64,000 nt of DNA from Craspedostauros australis (taxonomy: Eukaryota). Numbering within the stretch: the stretch's first letter is position 1; the number at the start of each line of letters is the position of its first letter. The translations under genes and the position numbers were made by a program. Below are positions 43,972 to 55,216 of the stretch, piece after piece. The notes beneath the pieces were generated by a model that worked only from the letters and a program-made list of their open reading frames with translations, was not told where the DNA came from and did no database searches. The DNA lies in contig JALAGF010004012.1 in assembly GCA_030167865.1 (NCBI GenBank), positions 1-64,000 on the forward strand. Direction: 5' to 3'.

Positions 43972-44823
43972 ATGTCCATCACCAAGTCGATCCTAGCACC
44001 CAAATTCATGGTCGCAATAGGCGCGCTCATCTTGCTCACCGCCCAGATATCGCTGGCGTTTCGAAGCCCAGCTGATAGACAGAGCCACAACACTCGTGTT
44101 CGCAACAGCCACATCGACCATGACAGCCACAGCGCAGACTTCGACAACAGCAGCAACCATGGCAGCAACAGCAGAGGCAGCAGTCGTCACGGCACAAAGC
44201 TTCGGCAGAATCAACTGCAGCAAGAGAAGCAACGGCTGCAGCTCTACCAGCAAGATGAGGTGGATGACGACTGCGACGTTGACGGCAATGTCGATTTCCT
44301 GGAGCGCCTCGACGACTACCTCTGCAAGGAAAACCATCCTCTCCATGGAATTCAAGTCTCCAGATCTTCTGCTACCGTCACCGCCACAGCTGCCATCGAT
44401 GATGGCAACTATTTGACCAAATGGACGCAGCCATCGATGTATCATGGAACGCTGGTGGACAGCCACAGCGAAGCCAAGTGCGTTGCGTCATTCCTCGAAG
44501 ATCTCATCGAGGAGTTGGACTACGCGACGTACCGGCTGTTCGGTGAGGACGCCAACGACATAACCATGTTTAACAGCCTCTGCACGAGCCTGAAGAAGAT
44601 GAAGGAGTCCGACACATCGGAGGAGACGTACGCTGATCGTGAGAGGATCGCGGCTGCGCATACACGATTCCTCGTCCGAAAGCGCAGAGAGGAGGAGGCG
44701 CTCGAGGAATCATTGGCGGCACATGAGGACAACCGACGCAGAAGCAACGACCCGCTCGCGCTCCATCGTACCAGCAGCCGCAGCAGCGACAGAATACTCA
44801 TCCCTGACATCACCAATGCCTGA
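43972..44823 (+). CDS. Predicted secreted protein, 4-Cys helical family, paralog A (~283 aa)
   Basis: Signal-like FMVAIGALILLTAQISLAF; CDVDGNVDFLERLDDYLCKE and CVASFLEDLIEELDYATYRLFGEDA..LC. Confidence 0.75.
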   Translation: MSITKSILAPKFMVAIGALILLTAQISLAFRSPADRQSHNTRVRNSHIDHDSHSADFDNSSNHGSNSRGSSRHGTKLRQNQLQQEKQRLQLYQQDEVDDDCDVDGNVDFLERLDDYLCKENHPLHGIQVSRSSATVTATAAIDDGNYLTKWTQPSMYHGTLVDSHSEAKCVASFLEDLIEELDYATYRLFGEDANDITMFNSLCTSLKKMKESDTSEETYADRERIAAAHTRFLVRKRREEEALEESLAAHEDNRRRSNDPLALHRTSSRSSDRILIPDITNA

Positions 44824-46901
44824 ATCGATTTTCATCTTGTTGCAATGTTTTACTCTACCATTAACGACACAGCGGCGACTCCAGCATTCGAAGCACCACT
44901 ACCACTACCATTACCATTACCATTACCTCTACCACTGCCACCGTCACCACCATAGTCTCGTACAGTATGCCAATATACTCATACTACTGATCCAAACGGC
45001 GAAGCATGAAGGCCAACCAACAATCACATTGATTGCTTGTCGATGGCCACTGCCGTACACACTGTAATGGGTTCACTAAATCATAATGGCATACTCTACG
45101 TGTAAGAATCATGCTGTTTTCACTGCAGTGTTCACAGCACGCCGCTTACTTGCTCTGATTCAGTCTCCCATGCTCCACTCGCCTTGCACTCGCACAGAAC
45201 ATCAGTCAAGCTGGAAGTTTCGCAGCGTGGGATGACTGGAATCGCCTTTTAGACTCCGCAGAGCGGACTTGGACTCTCATTTGAGACATCCTGCCAACAC
45301 TACAAGCATAATCGCACGTACCAGTACTGCTCAGACAGAAACTCAGGCGATGGCCTTGGGGTCAAATGGTGCGCACGTGAGAGTCTTGACAGTCGGATCC
45401 TCGATCGTAGAGGTGCGTTGTGGTTGTGCTCGCTAAATTGCGGGATGAAGCTAGAGACTTCCTTTGCAAGTTACGGTCAATTCATAGGAGTGCCAGACTT
45501 TCATAGTGCTAAACAGACGATACAATGGCAAATAATGCGTCTGTCTGAGTACGTCTAGGCACGATTAACCGTTTATATCAGACTAGTCATTCGGACAGAG
45601 TTCCATTTTTTTGTTCAATTTAACGAACGGTGTTGTCCTGTTATTTTGTTCGAATACAGATTCAAACAGACAGATATTCGTATCGACAACACAGACAGAC
45701 AAACAAACAGACAGACGTTCATGGAGTGTCCTTTTATTCCATGTGCAGCCAACAACCAATAACGAACTTCTCCACACGATTTCATCTCATTCGATTCTCA
45801 CTTTGGTTCATCTGCGTCGCCATCTTTCGAGAAAGATTGACACGTGACAAGTGATGCTTCATCTTGTGTGCAAATCAGGATGGCTGCATGACTGTTTGTC
45901 GATTTCGTCCCATTCGAGTGACGCCTTGTCCCATTTCCAAGTGTTTATTGTATTTGCCGCAATCACAACAAGATCGGCAAGATTCGTCGTATCTGGCAAA
46001 GACAGACTATTTAGTCCAACAAGTCGACACTGTTTCCCCAATTTTGCGAAGTGTTCAAGCGTTTAAACCGGGTCGGGATTCAATATACTTATGGCTCAAA
46101 CAGTTCTAAGTTTCTATTGGCTAATGATTGTCGCATGATATCCACGTTCTTCACAAGAACGATCGATGACATTCTACCACAGGCAAGTCTGGACAGAACA
46201 ACAACATTGACAGTTTGATGGCTTGGGGCGTTCGTTTCTGTCTGACACGTCGAGCGATTGTCGTTGAGGAAGCCGTTCCTCGATCCAAACCAGTGCACGC
46301 GCATTGGGGACGAGCAAGCGTCAATCGTTCTTGGTGGTTGTGCAGAGCACGTCGAGTAATTGTTCGTGTGGACGTGAGAGGCGATTGTTGCATGGCCTCC
46401 ATCGACAAGATCTCTCCAGGACCACGACAAGACTGCTGGACAAGGCGCACAGAGAGCTCGATTGCTTGCATCACGCGCACACATGTGCACACACAGACAG
46501 GTTGAGAGAGAGAGAGATAGTCTTCTCTTGTTGATCATCCATTCTTGGTGAGGCAACCGTCGACGCGTCCTTCTTGTCTCCGTTCCGCCAGCACAGGTCG
46601 TGGTGGTTCCATCACTCTGCCATCGTTCTGTCGATCTTCGTATCGCGCGTACGAGAGACCTGCACAATCCACTCGACCGATACCCCACTTCACCATTACC
46701 GTAGGTAGATCGCACTCTGGTCCTGCTCATCAGGCCATCCCCTCACAAGACAGAGAAGGCAACGGAGTGAACGAGCGCATAATCAACAAGCACTTGATCC
46801 AAACGATGAAGGCAACGCAAGGAATGAACGGAATGAACGTCATGAACGAAATGAAGGATGGCAATGCTCGCGCCAGACGGCAGAGAGGAGCATCCAGGGC
46901 C

Positions 46902-47576
46902 ATGTCCAGCCAACGAGTGGTCAACCGCCTCCTGATGGCCACTTCCGCAATGGCCCTGGTTGCGTGCAATCATGTCAGCTTTGTCGGGGCCGTCGAAAGT
47001 GGAACTGGAGCGGTTGGTGCGATCAGAAGCGATTCCAGGCGTAGACTACGATCTCGAGGCAAGAGCGACAGCGTTCCCATCATCCCAGCTTCCTCATCCG
47101 AGGTGGACTCCAAGCACGAGCAGCCCCACATGGCGGCCCACCTCAGACGCTGCTCCCTGGACGGAGACTTCCTGGAGCTCTTCCATCACCACGTCTGCAA
47201 CGAGATCGGCCAGGATCAGTGGGAGAAGGTGCACGCGGACCCGCACGAGTACTTCGCATCCAAGTTCCCGCATCCAGCCGACTTCGATCAGCAGCTGCGG
47301 GGACGCCAGCTCGGTGCGTTCGGCTCCCAACAGGGCGATCCCTCGCACGGCCCCTGCGCCGCCAAGTTCTTCACGGAGCTCATCGAGGAGCTCAAGGAGT
47401 CCACGTTCAGCCTCTTCCACGAGGAGGCGACCTTGCTCACCCTGCAGATGGGAATGTGCAACAAGATGGACTCGGATCAGGACTTGGAGCGCATGAACGA
47501 TCCATCGGCGCGGGCGGCCAGATCCAGGTGGCTCAAGTCCAAGTGGGACAGCATCATGGTGGATCCTGAACCGTAG
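46902..47576 (+). CDS. Predicted secreted protein, 4-Cys helical family, paralog B (~224 aa; start uncertain)
   Basis: Signal-like LLMATSAMALVACNHVSFVGA; RRLR and RGRQL motifs; CSLDGDFLELFHHHVCNE and CAAKFFTELIEELKESTFSLFHEEA..MC; strong GC3 bias. Confidence 0.78.
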   Translation: MSSQRVVNRLLMATSAMALVACNHVSFVGAVESGTGAVGAIRSDSRRRLRSRGKSDSVPIIPASSSEVDSKHEQPHMAAHLRRCSLDGDFLELFHHHVCNEIGQDQWEKVHADPHEYFASKFPHPADFDQQLRGRQLGAFGSQQGDPSHGPCAAKFFTELIEELKESTFSLFHEEATLLTLQMGMCNKMDSDQDLERMNDPSARAARSRWLKSKWDSIMVDPEP

Positions 47577-48092
47577 CTTGCTTACGAGTACGTGCCACTA
47601 GTTGTACCGCAAGTACTCGTGGTCTGCGGGGCGATGGGGCTCGGTGCGATGAATGTTGAGTTCCGCAGGCAGCAACGATGGAGGTTTTGCAGTTCATCCC
47701 ACTCCACTTCATCGCACATCAGCATAGAGCACCGAGGCAGGTGCTTACCCATACGCATGTTCATTTTTCACATCACACTCCTATTTCCTGTCATATTACA
47801 CCCCTCTCTACCATACCTGCATGCTGGAGGGGTACAACGTACACGTTCGTGCGTTCATTCCTACCTACGCACTCATCCATTGTAATATTATAGAATACTC
47901 TACGACATGACAACTATAGAACAATACACGAGTATTGCACTCTCTTAGCTCGTACTCCACTCAGTTGCATTCTTCGAGAACATCGCTTGCGTTGCGGAAT
48001 AGGAAGGATTGAGCACGAGGAGAGCGTTGGCTTACTTGATGCGTTAAACTATTCTATGATGACACATGTACAAACATCATGTGCAGCGCTGC

Positions 48093-50171
48093 CTACCGCC
48101 TTCGTCCTCTGCGACCTGCTTCGGGCTTGCCACCGCTGTTGCCACCGCGTCTGCCCGGACGACCACGGTTGCTGTTGCTGTTGCCTCTGGGCTTGCCACG
48201 CTGGATCTTGCCACCCGAGATGCCGCCCGGTCCGTAATCCGACTTGCGCGATGACAGACCGTCCAAGGGATCGCCCCTCTGGATGGCATTCTCGATGGCA
48301 ATGGCCAGGACCTTGTCGCGCTTGGCCACCAACGCCGTGACCTTGCCCTGCCCCGTCTTGCCACGCGCCGTGCGGCCGCTGCGATGCAGGTAGTCCAGGG
48401 GATTGAGGGGGAAGTCGAACATGATGACGTGATCGACCTGCGGGATGTCCAGCCCACGCGCGGCGAGGTCCGTGCAGACGAGGATGCTCTCCTTGGGCTG
48501 GCCGCGGAACTTCTGCAGGTTCTCGTTGCGCGCGATGGAGTTGAGCTCGCCGTGATAGGCGTACATGGTGCTCTCGTCGATGCGCGCTTCGCCCAGCGCG
48601 TACTGGACGGCGCGGACGGAGGCTGCCGTGTTGCAGAAGATGATGGTGGCGCCGCTGCTGTTGTCCTCGTCATCGACGTTTCGATTTCTGCGCTGCGTGT
48701 TGCTGACGACCGTGTCCACGAGGAGGGAGATCTTGTCCGTGCTGCCGACGTCGACGAAGATGTGCTCCATGCGCGGGACGGTCTTGTGCAGACCGGGAGC
48801 GGAGAGGATGGTGAACTTGGGAAGGATGAGCTTGGCGGCCGCCTGCGGGTCCTTGGCGTAGTTCTTGCGCGCCGAGATGGCGAGGGAGGATCGCTTGGGG
48901 TTGTCGCCGATGAGACGCTGCACGGCCTGCGTCATGGTGGCGGAAGTGCAGATGAGGCTGGGCGCGTCGGGCTTGAGCCTGAGGTCCCCGTCGTCGCCCG
49001 TGGTCTTGGGCGCGCGTTCGGCGCCGTTGACGTAGAGGAGGGGGTAGAGGAGCTGGCGCAGCTCGCGCGTGAAGCCCTGCTCCAGCATGGTGTCCATCTC
49101 ATCGACGATGACGGTGTCGACGGCTCCCAGGAAGAGGGTCTGCGACTGCTTCCACTGCTGCAGGAGGCGTCCAGGCGTGGCGACGACGATGTCCACCGGA
49201 CGCTGCTTCATGGCGCGCTTCTGCTTGCCACGGTCCTCCCCGCCCACGATGGACTGGCTGGATACCTTGACGGTGTGCGAGAGCTGCTTGAGGACCGTGG
49301 ATATCTGGTGGACGAGCTCCCTGGTGGGCGCGAGGATGAGGACGCGGGGACGGCGCGGAAGACGCTCGTAGTTCTCGAAGACCTCCTGGTGCTTGATGCG
49401 CTGGATGGCCGGGAGGAGGTACGCGAGGGTCTTGCCGGATCCCGTGGCCGCCAGGAAGGCCGTGTTCTTGTCGGCTGCTATTCCGTCTGCGGTTGCTGCT
49501 GATTCGGGGCGAGGCGTGACGGACGCGAGGAGCCGAGGGATGACCATGGACTGGATCTTGGTGGGCGCCTCGAGACGCAGATCGTTCTCCAACACCTCCA
49601 CGAGCTCCGTCCAGAGTCCCAGCCGATTCCATGAGTTGTCCGCCTGATCCGACTGCCCCGTGGAGCTGTCATCCGGAGAGTTGCGCGGCATGCGGACTGG
49701 CGCCCTGGACTTGGATGCTGCGGATTGATCCGAGATGCCAGGGATGGAGGACATGGCAAGCCTGGTTGTGCGATGCTGAAGTTGTTGTTGTTGATGACGG
49801 TGTTGATGGTTGGAGAGCGTCGTTATGGATAGCTTAGATGATGTGAATGATGTGGCTGCCACGAAGGCAAGCGGCGAGCTCGTGCTGGATCTGCGGATGC
49901 TGCGATCCGAGTACTGAAACGCAGCTGATATCACCCGTGGTGATCTGGTGGCGGTGGCTGCCGCCATGGATGCCCGCTTGGCAGCCACGGAAGTGGAAGA
50001 GAGAGCGATTGCGAGCGACATGGTGACGAGTGCTGCTCTGAAAGCAGTGTGATTGCGGTTGCAACTTCGACAGTGACTGCGACTGCGTGCCGCTGATGTT
50101 CCAGCCAGTGTTGATGATTGCGATTGTGGCTGAGACTTTGAATGCAGATGCCCTGCGGCGGAGGCCTTCAT
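48093..50171 (-). CDS. DEAD-box RNA helicase, probably organelle (plastid)-targeted, RH50/DDX28-like
   Basis: Q-motif PTKIQ, AATGSGKTLAY, PTREL, TPGRL, DEMD, SAT, IIFCN, ARGLD, HRSGRTAR; RG-rich tail; long Ser-rich leader with a hydrophobic segment. Start is 50171 or 50021. Confidence 0.92.
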   Translation of the reverse strand: MKASAAGHLHSKSQPQSQSSTLAGTSAARSRSHCRSCNRNHTAFRAALVTMSLAIALSSTSVAAKRASMAAATATRSPRVISAAFQYSDRSIRRSSTSSPLAFVAATSFTSSKLSITTLSNHQHRHQQQQLQHRTTRLAMSSIPGISDQSAASKSRAPVRMPRNSPDDSSTGQSDQADNSWNRLGLWTELVEVLENDLRLEAPTKIQSMVIPRLLASVTPRPESAATADGIAADKNTAFLAATGSGKTLAYLLPAIQRIKHQEVFENYERLPRRPRVLILAPTRELVHQISTVLKQLSHTVKVSSQSIVGGEDRGKQKRAMKQRPVDIVVATPGRLLQQWKQSQTLFLGAVDTVIVDEMDTMLEQGFTRELRQLLYPLLYVNGAERAPKTTGDDGDLRLKPDAPSLICTSATMTQAVQRLIGDNPKRSSLAISARKNYAKDPQAAAKLILPKFTILSAPGLHKTVPRMEHIFVDVGSTDKISLLVDTVVSNTQRRNRNVDDEDNSSGATIIFCNTAASVRAVQYALGEARIDESTMYAYHGELNSIARNENLQKFRGQPKESILVCTDLAARGLDIPQVDHVIMFDFPLNPLDYLHRSGRTARGKTGQGKVTALVAKRDKVLAIAIENAIQRGDPLDGLSSRKSDYGPGGISGGKIQRGKPRGNSNSNRGRPGRRGGNSGGKPEAGRRGRRR

Positions 50172-51763
50172 CGTTGTCGCTATGCTCTGATCGTTTTGGG
50201 CAACAAGTGAGAGACGCGGAGTGGAATATACTCGTGGTTGTGATGTCCCAACTTCTATTGCACGATGATGTATCTCAATGCACCCAGCTGCACAATGGAG
50301 CTCTGCTCTTGATCGAACCTTTGCCAAGGTCGTCGGAATGGCAACAGAGAAAGACGAAGTGCAGCTCAGCAGCGATGTCGAAGGCAACAATGTCGATGTT
50401 GATGATGTTGTTGATGTTGTTGATGGGTTCCTTCTTCTGTTCCTCTTCGAGATGTTTCGGTTTCTGTTTGGAATTTGTGGTGTTTTTCGTTTGGATGTGG
50501 ATGATTGGTATCTAAACGTACACATGACGTACTGTATGCATGTCATCCATTATTGATTCCATCGACCACAGTTGTGAAGTCGAGCGACCCACTCGTCAGG
50601 CGCGAAACGCGAGCGTGAGTACCTCGCAAGGGCTTAGATGAACAGCGGAAGAAATGAACGCGGAGTGTCTTTGTGGTCTGTTGAGCTCGAAATGGCGTTG
50701 CTTTGCCTTTGGGAGGAGAAACGCGGTTGATGAAGAAGGGGTGGCGATGTGACTGAACTGTCGCTGGGTGACACGTATTTATGTTCCAATTGATATTGAG
50801 TGCATGTCGGAGTGACAGGGAATTTGCCGCGCCTGTCACGCAAGAAATGAACGGAAGAGTCGCGAATCGCGAAAGAACGAATGGTGGCGGGATCAGACAA
50901 AGCGCGAGAGTTTGCGCGCCACGATGACGATGATGCGGAAACGACGGCGATGGTGGCAGCGCGGAGACGATGCGAATTCAAAAAGAATCAACGATGTGCA
51001 CAATGGCAGCAAAGTCAACTTGGCACTGTGCTATACATCGTCTGTTTGAAGCACCACAGGAGCGTCCTCCCGGAACATCACAAGCCCTCCACATCTCAAG
51101 CCGAAGCGACAACAAAGACGACGGAGGAACAAGAAACAGCGGTTGGTCGAGTGCGGTCTGTAATACGACATCCAGAAATAGTGGAAACAGCGGAAAGCCC
51201 CATCGCATCCAAGTTGCTATACTACTAAGAGTGTTCGTCTGTGTGGACATCGTCAGTGTTGGTAGTCGGGCAAACTGCATGCCAGCAAGAACAACAACAA
51301 CAACGACGACGACGACGACGACAACAACAAGAGAGGCAGCGGAAGATCAGCTGAGAAGGCCGGCAGGAAAGTCGGTCGGAGTGTCAAGATTGATCGGTCG
51401 AAGGCCGTAATCGTTCCAAATAGCCCATCCCGATACATACCGATACGATCGTCCGGGCCATTGCGATCGTCCAACTATAGCACGATCTTGGGAACGATCT
51501 TGAGAACGATCTATTCTACTATACTCCATTCGCGCACTCGCCTTCAAAAGCAGACGCCAACACAAACGCAGATACGAGATACTCCAGTGCAACAAGAGTG
51601 GAATACGCGCAGTTGGTGTCGATCCCCACTAACCAGTTGGCAAGCACATTCACGAGAAGGCGCACACAAAAACAGCATCAGCCACAACTGCAACTGCAAT
51701 TGCAACAATCGACCGACAGAACAACCAAGCCACAAAGCTACAGAGCAATAGAGCAATAGATCC

Positions 51764-54700
51764 ATGCCGCTCATCATGCCACCCATCTGCTCCGATTCCA
51801 CCATGAGCACAAGCAACAACAGGCCGCCTCATTCGCCTCACTCACCGCAATCACCGCAATCGCTACATGCAGCTTCGGATCATGTGCTCACGTCTCCCAT
51901 CCAGCAGATGCGGGCCAAGCTCAAGAAGAAGGCGGCCAGCCGTGAGGAGATCGAGGCAGAGAAGCGCAAGCAGCAGCAGAACCTCACAAGGCAGAGGCAG
52001 AATGTGGCCAAGCTGGATCTGGAGCGGAGGCAGGCAACCCTCATCCAGGCCGTGGTCAGGCGGTTCCTCACCAGGCTGCGTGTTGCCAAGCAATTCCCAA
52101 AGATGCAGTTCAAGTACCGCAAGCAGAACAAGGAGAGGCTGCGTCTCAAGAAGCAGCAGCAGCAGGATACGGCCCTGCGCCAATCTTCCCATCACAACAA
52201 CCAAAGCGATGCCACGTCGCTCTCATCTTCGGCGCACAACGCGGGATCGTCACACGTTCCCAACACGCCCAACGCCTCTTCCAAACCAGAGGTCGTTTCC
52301 ATCTACAAATCGAAGCCGTACGGCATGGACGACGACAGCGAACACATCATCAAAAGTCCATTCCTCATGATGCGACGCAAGCTCAAGAAGAACAATATGC
52401 CACTCCTTCCATCCGACAACGCTGTCAATGACGCAGATGACGATGACGCTCGTCGAGAATCCGATGCCTACGCAGCGCAGAAGAGACGTCAGAAGACGGC
52501 CTACGAATCGCGTTTGCAGGCGGCGCGCATGGATCTAGAGCGTCGCAAGGCAACCGTCATACAATCCCTCGTGCGTTCTTTCCTCGTGCGCAAGTCATGT
52601 GGCTTTCGATTCAACAACACCGCGTCGTCTTCGGCAGCGACAGAGGCAACGCGCGAACCAGAAGATCGTCCAGGAGAATATTCCTACACGGCGCAGCTCA
52701 AGGACGAGCCGGACCACGTCAAATCGCCAACATTCAGAACCAAATCAAAACCCTACAGAACGTCCGCGGCAAAGCATGCTCCCTCGAGCTATTCGCAATC
52801 ACCGTACAGCTACACCACGACGCCGACTCGCGGGCCCTCCAGAAAGCTCAACGTTCAGCACTTTAACGCTTCCGCTGCCTCCTCCACCGCATCAACGCCG
52901 TCCTACATCACCCAATCGGCACCGACGCGCTTCAAGAAGTCGGTCGCCTCCAAGTTCGGTCCCCTTCTCAACAGCTCCAAACAGAATGATGGCAATGGCG
53001 ACGACGAGGAACGCAGCAAAAGTCCCTACCTGGCCATGAAGCGAAGGCTCAGATCGTCGAAGCAATTACCCATGATTCCATCCACGGATAATGACAGCAA
53101 CAACGATGACAACGGCAAAGACATGCGACAGACACCATCCCACCTCCTCTCACCATCGGAGGGATATCAGCGGCGCAAGACGATGCAGAAAACAGCATAC
53201 CAGCAGCGTTTGGATGCAGCCAGGCATGATTTGGAACGGCGTGAGATCACCAAACTGCAATCCATCGCGCGCATGTTCCTCGTCCGCAACAAAAAACACC
53301 ATCTACCACAACGGAAGGACGACCACAAACGGGGCACTCATGGCACGTACAACAAGAACAGAGTTCTGGACTACAATTCCACCCACACCACTTCGTCCTA
53401 CGCCAGCTCCGCGCAGTATGCCACGCCCATAGTCACACCGCAGCAGGTCGACGACCGCCGCGTCTCGCCCAAGATCACACCGTCTGGCCGTTTCCCAAAT
53501 GCCATCGGCGCCTTGCCTTTCGCCACTTCGCCCACAGCCGAATCCAATGGTGGCGAACACAACACCAAACCCAAATATCGCTTCCGATCCAATGCCAATA
53601 CTACTGGGGGCAGCAGCGCAAGCTCATCTGCTCAGAACAGCCCGGTCTCGTCATCTTCCGCGCAGAATCGACACAATCTCAGACCCACCATGAACCATTC
53701 CCTCTCGCCCATCAGCAAGACTCCGGGTGGATACGTGCCGCCCGAACAACGTCGCACCACCTACGATTCCAGATTGGAGGCTGCCCGTCGCGACAACGAG
53801 CGTCGCGAGGCAACCAAGATACAATCCATCGTGCGCATGTTCCTCTCCAGGAAGAGGCACAACCCAAAATCCTTCCTCAGATCTGCAAAGCTCAAGAAGA
53901 CGAGATCCTCCTCGTCCATTCCTACGAACACGCTGCGCAAAGGCAATCTATCGAACAATCGTGATTTCGATGGCAATGGGAAGCACGACGAAAGTGAAAA
54001 TGTGGAAGACGATGATGGCGAGATGACGTTGGCAGATATTGCCACGGTCATGAGAGACAGCAAGAAGCAATCCAGCCAGCACTTCGGACATTCCTCCGCA
54101 TCCAGCTTCTTCGACAGCAACAGAGATGTGGACTTTGGGGATGACGCAGACGGCGATGACAAGGTCTCGAGGTTCGGAACCGTCAGCTCTGCCAAAAAGA
54201 TCGCCAGCAGAAACGCTGACCAGACCAAACCGAAAACCTCAAAGCCAGTCAGAAGCAGCATCGTTCAGTCGCGAATGAAGAATATCCACAAGACGGCCTG
54301 GCAGACGAAGCAGCAGCAGAAGGCGGAGAAGGAGAAGGAGCTGGCATCCGCTACGACGATGAGCCTGCAAGATCGCATGAAGCATCTCAACACGAAGTCC
54401 ATCTCCAAACGCCGCTCCAGTGTCGGTAGCAACCACAGTAAGACGGACTCGGCAGCATCCACATCGAAGTCAGCCGTCAAGCCGGCAGCCACCAGTAAGC
54501 CACGGCGCGTGGGACCGTATTCCAGAAGGAACATGAAAGATAAGGCACAGCCAGCACGGGCGATCCCATCGCCAAAACCAGCAGACGATGCGGAGATGAC
54601 ACGAAGCCGACTGAAGACGAAGATGTGGAAGCTGAAGTTGCAAATGAAGTTGCTGCAGAACGAAATCGACGAGGTGAACACGACGGCGCCCACGTCGTCC

Positions 54701-54982
54701 GCGGCGCTGCAACGACAGCAGCAAAAGCATAAGGAACGCCGATCCAACATGACGCTGTCCACGGAAGCGATGAAGAAGACCAAGATGAAGCGAACCAGCA
54801 TATCGCCCAGAAGGCGCAGAGCACGGCCCACTGTCAATGCCGCAACCTTGAAGCAAAATTATACCGCGAAGCAGGAAGCGGGAGCAATTCGGCTACAAGC
54901 CTTCGTCCGCGGTTGCCTTTGCCGCGACCGTGTGAACGTTCTTCTCACCCAAATCTTAAGCGAGCTGAAGCAGCACACGTGA
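51764..54982 (+). CDS. Large disordered protein with five IQ calmodulin-binding motifs in internal repeats
   Basis: ATLIQAVVRRFLTR, ATVIQSLVRSFLVR, ITKLQSIARMFLVR, ATKIQSIVRMFLSR, AIRLQAFVRGCLCR; 1072-aa ORF. Confidence 0.87.
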   Translation: MPLIMPPICSDSTMSTSNNRPPHSPHSPQSPQSLHAASDHVLTSPIQQMRAKLKKKAASREEIEAEKRKQQQNLTRQRQNVAKLDLERRQATLIQAVVRRFLTRLRVAKQFPKMQFKYRKQNKERLRLKKQQQQDTALRQSSHHNNQSDATSLSSSAHNAGSSHVPNTPNASSKPEVVSIYKSKPYGMDDDSEHIIKSPFLMMRRKLKKNNMPLLPSDNAVNDADDDDARRESDAYAAQKRRQKTAYESRLQAARMDLERRKATVIQSLVRSFLVRKSCGFRFNNTASSSAATEATREPEDRPGEYSYTAQLKDEPDHVKSPTFRTKSKPYRTSAAKHAPSSYSQSPYSYTTTPTRGPSRKLNVQHFNASAASSTASTPSYITQSAPTRFKKSVASKFGPLLNSSKQNDGNGDDEERSKSPYLAMKRRLRSSKQLPMIPSTDNDSNNDDNGKDMRQTPSHLLSPSEGYQRRKTMQKTAYQQRLDAARHDLERREITKLQSIARMFLVRNKKHHLPQRKDDHKRGTHGTYNKNRVLDYNSTHTTSSYASSAQYATPIVTPQQVDDRRVSPKITPSGRFPNAIGALPFATSPTAESNGGEHNTKPKYRFRSNANTTGGSSASSSAQNSPVSSSSAQNRHNLRPTMNHSLSPISKTPGGYVPPEQRRTTYDSRLEAARRDNERREATKIQSIVRMFLSRKRHNPKSFLRSAKLKKTRSSSSIPTNTLRKGNLSNNRDFDGNGKHDESENVEDDDGEMTLADIATVMRDSKKQSSQHFGHSSASSFFDSNRDVDFGDDADGDDKVSRFGTVSSAKKIASRNADQTKPKTSKPVRSSIVQSRMKNIHKTAWQTKQQQKAEKEKELASATTMSLQDRMKHLNTKSISKRRSSVGSNHSKTDSAASTSKSAVKPAATSKPRRVGPYSRRNMKDKAQPARAIPSPKPADDAEMTRSRLKTKMWKLKLQMKLLQNEIDEVNTTAPTSSAALQRQQQKHKERRSNMTLSTEAMKKTKMKRTSISPRRRRARPTVNAATLKQNYTAKQEAGAIRLQAFVRGCLCRDRVNVLLTQILSELKQHT

Positions 54983-55216
54983 GACTGCCATCCATTGCAA
55001 CCTGAGCACCACAGTGCCACATTAAAAAAGTATCTCTCCATACTTGCGGGTATGTAGTATAATATTTGTGTTACATTTTCAAGACGATACAGTGCAGTGC
55101 ATCCAAGTTCTGCATAAATTATACGTTCAAAATCCTTCATGCCCTCCCCAAAACATCGGGAAAAGTTGAGAAAGCTGTCGCCGGCTGTCAACGTCAGCTG
55201 CGCTCGATGACAATCT

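Noticed and set aside
48384-49502. 372-aa plus-strand ORF
   Set aside because: Antisense shadow of the DEAD-box helicase
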